In this document: piece after piece, positions 25,601-40,065 of the stretch
Layout: every line of letters starts with the position of its first letter
Numbering within the stretch: position 1 is the stretch's first letter
NCBI RefSeq assembly: GCF_009914755.1
Contig: NC_060928.1
From: the human T2T-CHM13v2.0 reference genome, Homo sapiens
DNA length: 64,000 nt
Strand: one strand, 5' to 3'
Translations under genes and position numbers: made by a program
Notes under the pieces: model-generated
The model's database searches: none
Told to the model about the DNA's origin: nothing
What the model saw: the letters and a program-made list of their open reading frames with translations, nothing else

Positions 25601-28547
25601 CTCAAGATAGAATGTATAATCTTTTAGTTAGTCAAGAAAACACAAGATGCTCAAGTTCACCCAATGGCTATCCACAAAAAAAATTCATTTGCTGAAAATA
25701 CAACTCTTCTAGTCTTTTATTTACTGAAAGAAACAGGAATAAATCAGGATATACTGGGTAACAGGATAATCTTGTTAATATCTGTCTAAAACTGTAAATT
25801 AGACTAAATTGTTGAGAGAGATTACTACTGGCCTCAAACCATCAGCTCTTTTAGGTATCTGCAACATTTCCAAGAAGAGATGTTACTCAAATTGCAAGAA
25901 ATAGGGGCCAGGAAAGAGAATGAGAGGTCAAGGTTGCTGAGATAGATTTGGAAATCATTCATGTATAAGTGATAACTAAAACCACACATGCTATTTCCTC
26001 AGATCCATGATCCATGATATTTCTAAGGGCCACTCCACAAGCCAAAACACCCATACTGTCAGCTAACCAAGGGAGGAAACACATTTCTGCATTCTATGAG
26101 TTCAAGATGTTCTTTCACCTTATAAAACCTGATCACTCCCACAGAAATTTTCCTTTTGGTCTAAAACATTCCTTACTTGGTATCAGCCTGAATTAAAATG
26201 TTAAGAGAGAGGAAATACAGATGAAATATATTAATGGTTAGCTACTGTGTAATTTAAGAAATGGAGAGGAAAAATAAAATGCTTACTAATGATTATTGTT
26301 CAGATAATATTACAAGTGAATAATTCTGTGCTATCTTCAAAGAAACTTTCCTTTATAACTTGAACACAAAAGAGCTCAGCTAGTATATAACTTTTAAAGA
26401 CTCATTAGTTTATAATTCCAGAATTTGGGGAGGGTGTTTCCAATGATGAGCTAGTGTCTTTGAGGCTTTTAATTTGACACTTATCACTTACTAAATTTTG
26501 ATGTTTTGTAAAAAAATACCACAATATTTAACAGAGCAAAAAGGATGAAAAATACAACAGTTTCTGGAATTGAAAAAGGAAATAACACATTTCAGTACTG
26601 GGCACACATGTTTTAGCCTGAAAGGACACAACTATCCATGCTAAATTTAAGAATGTATTTGCCTCAGATTCAGATGTTTTGAAATGGAAATTGCATTGAT
26701 AAACTGCTACCTAAAGATTGTTTTATAGTAAGTCTAAAAAAAGTAATCAGTCCATCTGACTTTCAGTTGTGAGACTAGGCATATTTTACAATTTAGCTTT
26801 AACTCCAAAATAATCAAAATAGAACCCTGTAAGTCTGGAATGTGTCTAATTCTCAACAGGAGACAATAAATTGGGAAATTAACTTTCCAACTTGAATACT
26901 AGATAACTTTTCTTCTCAGCAGAAAATTAACTTGGTAAAATCAAATACATATGGAAAACATAGTCTAGCGGTTTGAGGTTCAGACATAAAGCCAGGAGGC
27001 TCTGTCACTGATTTGTTATGCTTAGACAGTGTTCCAACTTCACCCTGCCTCCATTTGCAAATTTATAAAGTAAAAAATGTAACACCAAACAGAAGCTAAA
27101 TGGAGATCAATGAGCTATCGGCCCTGCACAGAATCTTAATCATCTTAAAAGCAAAACAAAATAAACAAAAAGTCCAAGTCTCCCTCAAAAATCCCAGGGT
27201 TTTTCTGAAACTATACAATATATTTTGTTATATCATATGTATATATCCTATAAATTAACAAAAATTGCAAGTTGAGTTCTCCAACTATTCTCCTGACATA
27301 ACTGAATCAGAAGAACCGTTTTCTAACTTCTCTGTGAGAATAAAATCACCATTTGATACACAGGTCTGGAGGATCTCAAGATTGGCTGCATATTTCTGCC
27401 CCATCAATGTTTTCTTCTCCTAAGCATTTTTTCCTATCCTTGCACAGAAACTTCAAAACCTCTTTTGTCATCATAGTCACTAATTCTGGCTGTGCAAACA
27501 CACTAGGTAATAAGTCCAACTCCCCATACCCTGGCAGCATTTGGGATGTTGGAAGACTGCAACTTTTCTCTAAGACAGAACTTATCATGGCATATAGTGG
27601 GTTAAATCTGTACCCTGCATCATTCCAAAGTTGTTTTTTAAATTAAAATTAATGTATATATTGCCATGTGAAAAAAAGAGAAACAAATTTCTATTACTGT
27701 TCAGAATTTTGATTTGAGACCAATTCACATTTTTAAGTGGACTAATATTTTAGATGACTAATTTATCACCCTACCCATCTCAAATAATGAATGGGAGAGG
27801 GCCTGAATAATATGGATTGCTTATTACAGCATCTGCAAGACAGCATATTGTAAACAAAAGTTTGTCAAACTGAAATGTTCAGTTAAATAAGTATTGGTCT
27901 GTCTTAAGTAACTTATGACCAGTATGATTGCTGAAAAAACCCTATTTACCACGTCCCTTGTATTTGTCAGCAGTTGGGGTGATACAGTGATTATATTTAG
28001 ATCAGAAAATCCAAAAATAGCCAAATTTTATTCTTAACTACTTCTACTAGACTCCATAAGCTTCCTATGATTCATAAATAGGAAGGCAGACAAAGCAAAA
28101 TAATACTTTAATAGCCAAAGCTTTGTCTCCAAATTTTAATGTAGAACTCTGAGTTCTGCTTACCTATATAAATAAATACTTTTCCCTAAACCAGATCACC
28201 TTGAATTAGTTAGTTCTGTCTATTTCACCTAACCTTGAACTAGACTTTCAGTTCTCAATACTATGATATAAGGAAGATCATACCAATTACAGCAAGCTTC
28301 ACAAAAAAGAGTAAGAAAAAGCTCTTATCCATATAATCCCATAATGACCCAGGAATACTGTGTAAAAATTGGAGAATAGTTATCTTTTACCAATTCACAA
28401 AAAATATAATATTAATAAATATGGATTCTTAATTTTAGGTTCTCCTGTGTGTGTTGTTTTCTTGTGCAATATCTGCAATCACTTATTTCAACCAGAATCT
28501 ATAAGATGGTAGCTAATTTAGCTCAAATACTTTAAAACTGTTCTTAA

Positions 28548-28882
<335 letters not shown>

Positions 28883-28949
28883 TCATATTGTTCTACAAAG
28901 AGCACATTGATTTCTAGGTTTCCCACCAATGGAAGAATTTTAAGAACCT

Positions 28950-29118
28950 TTCATCAAAAGCAATGGTACAGAATCACCTTAAGGGCTCATTAATATAGAT
29001 ACTGCTGGGTTCTACTCCCTGCAATTCTGATATAGTATCTAAGATGAGTCCCAAGAATTTATATTTCTAATAAGTTCCCAGGTGATAATGATGATGAACC
29101 ACACTTTGAGAACCGCTG
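28950..29118. mobile_element. MER5A (hAT-Charlie MITE)
   Basis: cagaatcacc...atttctaataagttcccaggtgat...accacactttgagaaccgctg. Confidence 0.8.
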
Positions 29119-29477
29119 TCGTAGAAGGCGAATATAAATGAACCTGTTTCACTTTCAGGTATACAGGAAGGTATAGTATAGAACAAAGATAATAGGTTTT
29201 AGATTTAAACAGAACAAAGTTTAAACCCCTGGGCTATCTTTTTCTAATTGTCATCTAACCTCTAAGTATCTTTCTTAATCTTTAAAATGAAGTAATAATA
29301 ACCGCCAGTACAGCTATGTGGTAAAGTTTAAATATAACATGCTTATAGAGCCTGGTATAAAGTAGGTACTCAAATATTGGTTTCTTTCCGTGCTACATAC
29401 GTTTCTTAATGTGTGTATAGCCCCCATCATCCTTTCTCTTCCAAGAATAAGTTCATAGAAAGAACTCATCAACTTAA

Positions 29478-29866
<389 letters not shown>

Positions 29867-30536
29867 TCTTTAACTTTTAACTACAGTTAAGGGTATTTTG
29901 CATATAGCAAAGATGTAATAGAATATAAGCAAAGCAAACCAATCGCGTGGGTAAGTACAGGGTAAAAGTTTAAAATTTAAATCCCAATTATGGGTTCACT
30001 TAACTGAATAGTCTAGTAGGTCCCATTGAATAACCTGGTATTTCTACCTACCTACAGTAACAGTTAAAATAATAGCAATGATAAAGATAACCATACCACA
30101 ACCACTACTATAAGTATAGCCCTTTAATAGGTCTATCCACCTTTTGTAATATACAGATTTTTAAGTCACAAACTTTGTGACTAAATTAAAGACTGGGTCT
30201 GGATAAATGGATGAAAATTCAACCCTTGGCTTTACAATTGTAACTATAACAACAAAATGTAAAAGGAATACAACTTAAGATGAAGTTCCTCTTGAAAAGA
30301 TCTGATATTAACTGGGATATCTAAATCTTAGACATAATAAATTTTTATACAAATCATATGAGATATATGCCTCACAGCAATGACTTTGAAACAACAAAAT
30401 AAAACTTTTTTTCCTGACCTCTTTTCTAAAGAAAATGAACTTTGTTTATAGGGGCAGCAAGTAGAATTGAAATCTAACAGAAAATCTTTTCTGCATTTGA
30501 AATAATATTTTTAGAGTATGTATCTTTTGTTTATTT

Positions 30537-30979
30537 GCTGGTTAGCTTGTCTGAAAGGAGGCCCCCAAAAAGATTTGTGCACATCCTCACCCCTGGCACC
30601 TCTGAATGTTACCTTATTTGGAAAAAGGGTGTTTTCATTTGAGAAAATCATCCTGGATTATCCAGGTAGGCTCAAAATTCAATGTCGAGCGTTCTTATAA
30701 AAGGGAGACACATAGACGAGAAGACACACAAAGAAGGTGATGTGAAGACAGGGGCAAAGATTGAAGTGATGTGGCCACAAGCCAAAGAAGCCAAGGAATG
30801 CCAACAGGCACCAGAAACTGGAAAAGGAACAGAAGGATTTTTATTGAAAGCCTCCAAAGGGGGTGTGACCCTGCCAACACAGTAAGTTTTCTGAATTCTG
30901 GCCTCCAGAGCTGAGAGAGAATAAACGTCTGTTATTTTAAGCTACCTAATTTGTTGCAGTAGCCATAGAAAACTAATAA
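30537..30979 (+). mobile_element. MLT1 (B/C-like) MaLR LTR
   Basis: gaatgttaccttatttggaaaaaggg...caagccaaggaatgcc-like...gcagtagccatagaaaactaata. Confidence 0.85.
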
Positions 30980-30984
30980 AATGT

Positions 30985-31194
30985 TCCAACTTTCCATCAC
31001 ATGTTTGGTCTTTCGAAATAGCCCCCATCCTGAAGCTAGAGGCTTTCAAGTGTCACCTCATCAGAATACTCAGCTATGGCTTAAAGAAGCCATCATGAAT
31101 AACAAGTCAATCCTATTACTCAGGAAATTCCAAGGGTTTTTGAAGCTCTGGGCCAGGAACTTGGGACAAAGAACAATACATTATTGTTTATATT
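30985..31194 (-). mobile_element. MER21-like LTR fragment
   Basis: agcccccatcctgaagcta...actcaggaaattccaagggtttt...ggccaggaac...gggacaaaga. Confidence 0.65.
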
Positions 31195-31905
31195 AGGGAA
31201 ATGCAAATGAAAACTACAGTGAGATACTACTTCATACCCACTAGGATGTCTACAATCAAAAGATGAAAAATAACAAATGTTGGTAAGGATGTGAGGTAAA
31301 TGGAACCTTTGTGCATTGCTAGTGGGATAGTAAGTGGTAGGGCTATCTTTGGAAATGGCTTGTCAAAGAGGTAAACATAGAATTACCATTTGACCTAAAA
31401 TTTCCATTCCAATATGAACTAAAAGCAGGTATTCAATCAAATACATATGAATGTTCATGGCAAAATTAGTCATAACAGCCAAAAGGTAGAAACAATCCAA
31501 ATGTCCATCAACCCATAAATGAATAAACAAACTATGGTAAAGACATACAGTAGAAAATTAGCAATACAAATAAATGAAGTACTAATACATGCTATAACAT
31601 GGACGAACCTTAAAAACATTATGCTAAGTGAAAGAAGCTAAGCACAAAAAGTCATATACTGTATAATTCCATTTATATGAAAAGGTCAGGGTAGGTAAAT
31701 TCATACAGGAAGTAAGTGGATTAGTGGTTTCCAGGGGTGGGGAGAGAGAAGGCGAGGGACTGCTCATTCTTTTTTGGAGTGATGAAAATGTTCTAGAATT
31801 AGACAATGGTGATGGCTGTACAATCTTGTGAAGTGGCTCTTTAAGAGCCACTGAATTTTCCCTTTCATAACCATGAATTTTTAACAGGTGAATTACATCT
31901 CAATT
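31195..31905 (+). mobile_element. L1MB/MC 3' end
   Basis: agggaaatgcaaatgaaaactacagtgagatac...aaatgtccatcaac...gatgaaaatgttctagaattaga. Confidence 0.8.
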
Positions 31906-31922
31906 TTAAGAATTCAAAATCA

Positions 31923-32201
31923 GCTGAGCATGGTAGCACAGGCCTGTAATCTCAGTGCTGTGGGAGGCCAAGGTGAGAGGATCACTTGAGCCCAGGAATT
32001 CAAGACAAGCCTGGGCAACACAGCAAGAGCCCATCTATACCAAAAAGCTTTAAAGTATGTAGGTGTGGTGGTGTGTGCCTGTAGTCCCAGCTACTTGGGA
32101 GGGTGAGGCAGGATTGCTTGAGCCCAGGAGTTAGAGGTTGCAGTGAGCTATGATCATACCTGGATGACAGAGCAGGATCCTGTCACACATACACACAAAA
32201 A
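31923..32201 (+). mobile_element. AluJ with TSD aagaattcaaaatca
   Basis: TSD at 31908-31922 and 32202-32216; J-type gaggatcacttgagcccagga. Confidence 0.92.
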
Positions 32202-33502
32202 AAGAATTCAAAATCAAAGCAATTTACATATTCATTAAAGAAGAAAAATCATATCATAGTCTCAATAGAGATTCAAAAACACATTTAACAACATTAAATA
32301 CTTCTGATTTTAAAAACCCTTAGCCAATTAGAAATATAAGAGTACCTAACTCAATCTGATAAAAGGCATATATAAAAACCTTACAGCTAAGACCGTATAT
32401 AATGGTGAAATACTTAACATTTTTCCCTGAGATAAAAAACTAGGAAATATTGACCATTCAATATTTGTATTCAGCATTGTAGTGGAGGTCCTATCTAGTG
32501 AAATAGGTCAAGAACAAGAAATATAAGCCATAAAGGTTAAAAAAGAAGTTGTAAACATTTCTATTCAACAATGATATGGTTGTTTATGTAGAAAATCCTA
32601 AGGAATCCACCAAAAAACTATTTCAACTAATAAGTAAATATAATGTAGCAAAGTTACAGAGAAAGTGTCAATATAAAAAATTCACATATTTCTATATATT
32701 AGCAGCAAACAATTGGAAAATAAAACTAAATTTTACCTACAATCATATCAAAAACATAAGCTACTTAGGAAAAAATTTTTAAAAAGTAAAGCAAGAACTC
32801 TACATCATAAACTATAAAACACTGTTGAGAGATACTAAGGAAGACTTAAAAATTTGGAGAGAAATAACATGTTAATCTAGTGGAAGACTCAATATTTTTA
32901 AGATATCAGTTCTTTCCAAATTGATCCATACATGCAACGCAACCTCAATCAAGATGCCAACAGAAATTTTAGAAATTGAGAAACTTACTATAAAATTTAT
33001 ATAAAAATACAAAGAACCAAAAATAGCTAAAGCAATCTTGAAACAGAAGAACAAAATTGGAAAATCTATATTTACTGACTTGAAGATTTACTATAAAGCT
33101 ATAATCATCAAGATGTTATGATGCTGGCATAGGAACAGAAAAATAGAGCAATGAAATAATACAAAAAGCTCAGACACAGATCTATACTTATATGGCCTTT
33201 TAATTTTCAATAATGGCACCAAAGGAATGCAATCAAAAATGAAAATTCTTTTAAACGATCAGAGGTAAGGCAACTGGATATCAGTATGGGAAAAAGTAAC
33301 CTCAACACTATATACAAATATTAAATTGAGATGAATCATAGAGCCAACATAAAATCGAAAACTATAATGATTCTAGAATAAAATATGGGAATATCTTCAT
33401 GACTTCGGAGTAGGCAAAGGTTTCTCAAACAGGATATAAAAAGCAGTAACCACAGAAGAAAAATTTGACACATTAGACTTGATCACAAACTGTAACTTTT
33501 AA

Positions 33503-33638
33503 GCTGGGTGCAGTAGCACACACTTGTAGTCCCAGCTATTTGGGAGGCTGAGGCAGGAGGACTGCCTGAACCCAGAAGTTCGAGACCAGCCTGGGTAACA
33601 CAGTGAGAGCCTATCTCTAAATACAATAATAATAATAA
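33503..33638 (+). mobile_element. FLAM monomer
   Basis: gctgggtgcagtagcacac...ccagcctgggtaac, then an (AAT)n tail. Confidence 0.85.
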
Positions 33639-33680
33639 CTTCTGCTCATCAAAATATATCTTTAAAAAATAGGCAAGCCT

Positions 33681-33984
33681 GGCCAGGCGCAGTGTGGCTC
33701 ACGCCTATAATCCCAGCACTCTGGGAGGCTGAGGTGGGTTGATCACCTGAGGTCAAGAGTTCGAGACCAACCTGGCCAACCAACATGATGAAACCACATA
33801 TCTACTAAAAACAAAAATTGGCCGGCCGTGGTGGAGGGCCCCTGTAATCCCAGCTACTCAGGAGGCTGAGGTAGAAGAAACACTTGAACCCAGGAGGCGG
33901 TGCAGTTCCAGGCACACTCCAGCCTGGGCAAGAGTGAGACTCCATTATAAAATAAATAAAATAAAATAAATAAATAAAATAAAA
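33681..33984 (+). mobile_element. AluS with (AAAAT)n tail, TSD core ggcaagcc
   Basis: ggccaggcgcagtgtggctc start; ggcaagcc at 33672 and 33986. Confidence 0.92.
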
Positions 33985-35347
33985 TGGCAAGCCAAAGAGG
34001 CAGAAAATATTTGCAAAAAAATCTAACAATATGTATGTAGAATATAGAGAATACACAAAGAATGCCTACAAATCAATAATGAGAAACAATCCACTTAAAA
34101 TGACAAAAAATTGAACAAATACATATGTGATGATATGAATACCTAATAAGCACATGAAAAATACTCAATATCCTTTGAATATCATGGGAATGCAAAGTAA
34201 ATCTATAACGAAATACTACTTTATACCTTGTACAAATGGCTAAAAGTAAAAGACTAAAAGCATCAACTCCTGGAAAGGATGTGGAGAAATTATATATTGT
34301 TGGTGAAAATATGTAAAAGGTATAACATTTTGGAAAAAGGTCTAATGGTGTTTCTATAAAATATTAGTCATACACATGATTAATATCCTATAACACAACA
34401 ATTCTGCTCAAAGTATTTCCTCATGAAAAATGAAAACAGAAGGCCACAAAAAAAAGACTTAACAGGGCATTTATATCAGCTTTAGTCATAATAGCCAAAA
34501 CCCTGAAAATAGCCAAGAAGTTCAACAAGAGAAAATTGAAAAACAAATATATTTATAAAACACAATACAACTCAGCAACAAAAACAAATGAACTATGATA
34601 CATGAAACCACATGGATGACCCTCAGAAATTATGCTGAATGAAGGAAGAAGTCTTACACAAAACAGTATATACTGAATGACTCCAATAATATAAAGTGCT
34701 AGAATAAACAAAACTAACCCACGATTAAAAAATCAGAAAAGTAGTTGCTTGGAAACTGCAGGAGGGGAGGTGCAGAGATTTACTGGGAAGGGACATGAGG
34801 AAAATTTCTCAGATAATGGTGGTAATCTAGTCTTAATGCATTTAGTTTATAAAAGTGTATACATTTGTAAAAACACATCAAATGTAAACTTAAAAAGTTT
34901 GTGTACTTCACCAAATGTAAATTTAACCTAAAACTAAAACATAAACACATATTGAAATGTAGTTAGTTGTATACATGCTAAACTATTTAGGAATGAAGTG
35001 TCCTCATATCAGCAATTACTTTGAAATACATCAAAATAATAAAGATGGGTTAAATTTAGCTACAATTAAATGTTAAAATAGTTAAAGTTAGTTTTAATTA
35101 AAATGTTAATTAGAAAATCTAGGTATATTGCATAATTATTTCAATTTTACTATTTGCATTTTTTCATAAAATAATAGCCAAGAAAAAGTAAATAAGGTAA
35201 TATGAAGGCATTTTCAGATGACCAAAATCTGTGAGAATTTGTAAGTATCTGACTTGATCTAAAAAAGTACAAAACTAAATGAAGTTTTTCAGGCAGAAAG
35301 GACAGGATATCAAACTTGAATCAAAACAAAGAAATAAAGAGTTCATG

Positions 35348-35857
<510 letters not shown>

Positions 35858-36363
35858 CTATCTTATATGTGAATGGGTATAATCAACTCATAAAACACTA
35901 TAAATTTTAAGGATGCATAATGTAAACTCTATTGCAATAACCCAAAAAATAAAATATAGCTAAGAAGAAAAGATAAAAGACAAAATAAAATGAAACAACA
36001 AAAAAAACCTCTGAGTCTCTTGTAGCCTAATTCCAAGTGCTTATTTAGTTGTAATCCTTCTACCCTCACACTTTATTATTTATTAACTCAGTAGTTTCTG
36101 CTCTTCAGATAATTCCCAACAGGAAATTAGACTAGTTAATTTAATGGATATAGACCTTTTCTATACCTTTTATGGATATAGACAATACCACAAAATAAAA
36201 TTCAAAATGTTCCTTTGAAGTCAGGGCAACTCCTAATTACTAATCTCCTACCTGAGTCAATTTACTGAAGTTTCCTCGCTAACTGAAGGAACTGATTGAA
36301 TACAGAAAATATAGTCAGTAAATGAACCTTGTAAAAATTCATCACTGAGGTTACACACAGATG

Positions 36364-39300
36364 ATTTTTTAAAATTTTTTTAATTTTAATTTTTGTGCAT
36401 ATACAATAGATACAAATATTTATGTGGTACATGATATATTCTGATAAAGGCATACAATGTGTAATAATCATATCAGGATAAATGGGTTATCCATTACCTC
36501 AAGCATTTATCCTTTATTGGTATTAGAAACAATCCAATTATACTATTTCAGTAATTTTAAGATGTACAATAAATTATTGTTGACTATAGTCACAATGTTG
36601 TGCTATTAAATACCAGATCTTATTCATTCTAATTATGTTTTTGTACTGATTGACTACCCCTATTTCATCCCCACAGCCCCACTACCCTTTCCAGCCTCTG
36701 GTAACCATCCTCTCTATCTCCATGAGTTCCAATAAACAGGTGAGAACATGTAAAGTTTGTCTTTCTGTCCCTGGCTTATATCATTTAACAAAATGACCTT
36801 CAGTTTATTCTATGTGGTTGCAAATGACAGGCTCTAATTCTTTCTTATGGCTGAATAGTACTCCATTGTGTATATGTACCATATTTTCTTTACCCATTCA
36901 TCTGTTAATGGACAGTTAGGTTGCTTCCAAATCTTGGCTATTGTGAACAGTGCTGCAACAAATATGGGAGTGAAGATACCTTTTTGATATACTGATTTCC
37001 TTTCTTTTGGGTATATACCTAGCAGTGGGACTGCTGGATCATATGATAGCCTTATTTTTAGTTTTGTTGAGGAACCTCCAAACTGTTCTCCATAGCAGTT
37101 ATACGAATTTACATTCCACCAATAGCGTAAAAGGGTTTCCTTTTCTCCACACCCTTGCCAACATTTATTCTTGTCTGTCTTTTGGATTAAAGCCATTTTA
37201 ACTGGAGTGAGATGATATCTTAGTGTAGTTTTGATTTGCATTTCTCTGATGATAAATGATGTTCAGCCCCTTTTCATAAGCCTGTGTGCCATGTGTATGT
37301 CTTCTTGTGAGAAGTGTCTACTCAAATCTTTTGCCCATTTTTATTGGAATATTAGATTTTTTCCTATAAAGTTATTTGAGCTCCTTATATAATCTAGTTA
37401 TTAGCCCCTTGTCAGACAGTTTACAAATATTTATTCCCAATCTGTGAGTGTCTCTTCACTTTTTAAATTGTTTCCTTTGCTGTGCAGAAGCTTTTTAACT
37501 TGATGTGATGCCATTTGTCCAGTTCTGTTTTGGTTGCCTATGCTTGTGGGGTATTACACAGGAAATCTTTGCCCAGACTGATGTCCTAGTAGAGAGTTTT
37601 CATCAATGTCTCCTTGTAGTAGTTTCATAGCTTGAGGTCAGATTTAAGTCTTTAATCCATTTTGATTTGAATTTTTGTTTATGTTGAGAGACAGAGGTCT
37701 AGTTTCATTCTTCTGCATACAGAAATCCAGTTTCACAGCACCATTTACTGAAAAGACTTTCCTGTCCTCAATTTATGCTCTTGACGCCTTTGGTAAAAAT
37801 GAATTCATTGTAAATGTAAGGATTTGTTTCTGGTTTCTATATTGTGTTCCATCAGCATATGTGTCTATTTTTATGCAAATACCAAGCTGTTTTCGTTGCT
37901 CTGTAGTATAATTTGAAGTCAGTAAATTTGAATCCTCCAGTTTCATTCTTTTTGCTCATGACAGCTGTTGCTATTCTGGATCTTTTGTGGTTCCATATAA
38001 GTTTTAGGATTGTTTTTTCTATTTCTGTAAAGAATGTCATTGGTATTTTGATAGAGAATGCATTGAATCTGTAGATTGCTTTGGGTAGTATGAACATTTT
38101 AACAATATTGATTAGTCCCATCCATAAACATGAAATATATTTCCATTTTTGTATCCTCTTTATTTCATCAGTGTTTTATAGTTTTCATTGTAGAGATCTT
38201 TCACTTCATGATTAATTCCTAGGTATTTTATTTTATTTGTAGCTATTATAAATGGAATTATTTTCTTGATTTCTTTTTCAGCTTGTTTGCTGTTGGCATA
38301 TAGAAATGTTACTGATTTTTATCTTTTGATTTTGTATCATGCAACTTTACTGAATTCATTTATCACTTCTAATCATTTTTTTTTTTGGTGTAGTCTTTAG
38401 TTTTCTCCAAATATAAGATCATATTATCTGTTAACAAGGATAATTCAACTTTTTCCTTTCCAATTTGCATGCCCTTGATTTCTTTCTCTTATCTAATTGT
38501 TCTAGCTAGGACTTCTGGTACTATGTTGAATAACAGTAGTGAAAGTGGGTATCCTTGCCATGTTCCAGATCTTAGTAAAAAGGCTTTCAGTTTTTCCCCC
38601 TTCAGTATAATGCTATTAATAGCTGTGGGCCTGTCATACATGGCTTTTATTATGTTGCTTATATCCCTAGTTTGTTAAGGGTTTTTCACCATGAAGGGTT
38701 GTGGAATTTTATCAAAGGCTTTTTCAGCATGAATTGAAAGGATCATATGGTTTTTGTCCTTCATTCTGTTGATATTATGCATCATGTTAATTGATTTGCG
38801 TATGTTGAACCATCCTTGCATCCCTGGGATAAAGCTCACTTGATCATGACGAATGATCTTTCTAATGTATTGTTTGCTAGTATTCTGTGGGGGAGTTTTG
38901 CATCAATGATTTTCAGGGATATTGGCCTGTAGTTTTCTTTCTTTGATGTGTCTTTTTCTGGTTTGGGTATCAGGGTAATATTGGCCTCGTAGAATGAGCT
39001 TAGAAGAATTCCTTCCTCCTTTATTTTTCAGAACAGTTTGAGTACAATTGGCACTAACTTTTCTGGAAAAGTTTGGCGGAATTCAGCTATAAAGTCCTCT
39101 AGCCCAGGGCATTTCTTTGCTGGGAGACTTTTTATTACAGCTTCCATCTCATTACTGGTTATAGGTCTGTTCAGGTTTTGGATTTTTTTCATGGTTCAAT
39201 CTTGGTAGGTTGCATGTGTCTAGCAATTTATCCATTTCTTCTAGATTTTCCAATTTATTGGCATAGAGTTGTTCATAGAAGTCTCTAATGATCCTTTGAG

Positions 39301-39740
39301 TTTCTATGGTTTCAGTTGTGATGTCTCCTTTCTCATCTCTGATTTTATTAGTTGAGTCTTCTCTTTTTTTTCTTAGTCTATCTAAAGGTTTGTAAATCTT
39401 CTTTATCTTTTTTAACAAAACAAACTTTTCATTTCACTAATATTTTCTATTATTTCATTTGTTTCAATTTCATTTATTTCTGCTGTGATCTTTATTATTT
39501 TTTTTCTTCTACTAATTTTGGGATTGGTTTGCTCTTGCTTTTCTAGTTTTTGAATAAGCATCATTATATTCTTTGATTTTTTTTAACTTTATTGATGTAG
39601 ATGATTATAGCTGTTAACTTCCCTTTTAATACTGCTTTGGCTGTATTCCACAGGTTTTGGTATATTGTGTTTTCATTATCCATTCCATTATTGTTTCAAG
39701 AAATTTTTCAATTTCCTTCTTCATTTCTTTATTGACCCCC
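36364..39740 (-). mobile_element. L1MA-family LINE-1, about 3.4 kb 3' portion (ORF2 plus 3' UTR)
   Basis: Minus-strand ORFs 36834, 37852 and 39152 encode L1 ORF2 remnants ([44 protein letters not shown]). Confidence 0.95.
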
Positions 39741-39895
39741 TTTATTAGTCTGTTCTCACATTGCTACAAATACCAAGACTGGGTAATTTATAAAGAAAAT
39801 AAGTTAGATTGATTCACAATTCTGCATGGCTGGAAAGGCCTCAGGAAACATACAATCTTGGCAGAGGGAATCTCTTCACAGGGCAGCAGGAGACA
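39741..39895 (-). mobile_element. THE1/MST LTR fragment
   Basis: tattagtctgttctcacattgct...gactgggtaatttataaagaaaa...ggcctcaggaaac. Confidence 0.8.
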
Positions 39896-39904
39896 GAAAC
39901 ACAT

Positions 39905-40065
39905 GACAAGAAATGTAGATGGCCTCTAGGAGCTGACAGCAGCACTCAGTCACAGTAATCAAGAAAACAGATACCTCAGTCCTAAAATTAATTGCGAGGA
40001 ACTAAATTCTGCCAACAACCTTTATCAGCTTAGAGAAGAATTCTTCCCCAGAGCCACAAGAAAAG
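39905..40065 (+). mobile_element. MLT1 LTR fragment
   Basis: ggcctctaggagctga...cctcagtcct...aactaaattctgccaacaacc. Confidence 0.7.

Larger units (their letters stand above)
32216..35170 (+). mobile_element. Old L1M (ORF2 RT region to 3' UTR), interrupted by a FLAM and an Alu
   Basis: ORF 32576 MVVYVENPKESTKKLFQLISKY is an L1 RT remnant (DDMIVY-ENP motif), followed by L1 3' motifs. Confidence 0.85.

Noticed and set aside
27376-27588. 70-aa protein-like ORF on the TBCK strand (possible cryptic exon or pseudogene)
   Set aside because: I recognise no homology or convincing splice-site pair, and exons 3 and 4 already join in frame. BLASTX and conservation data would be needed.
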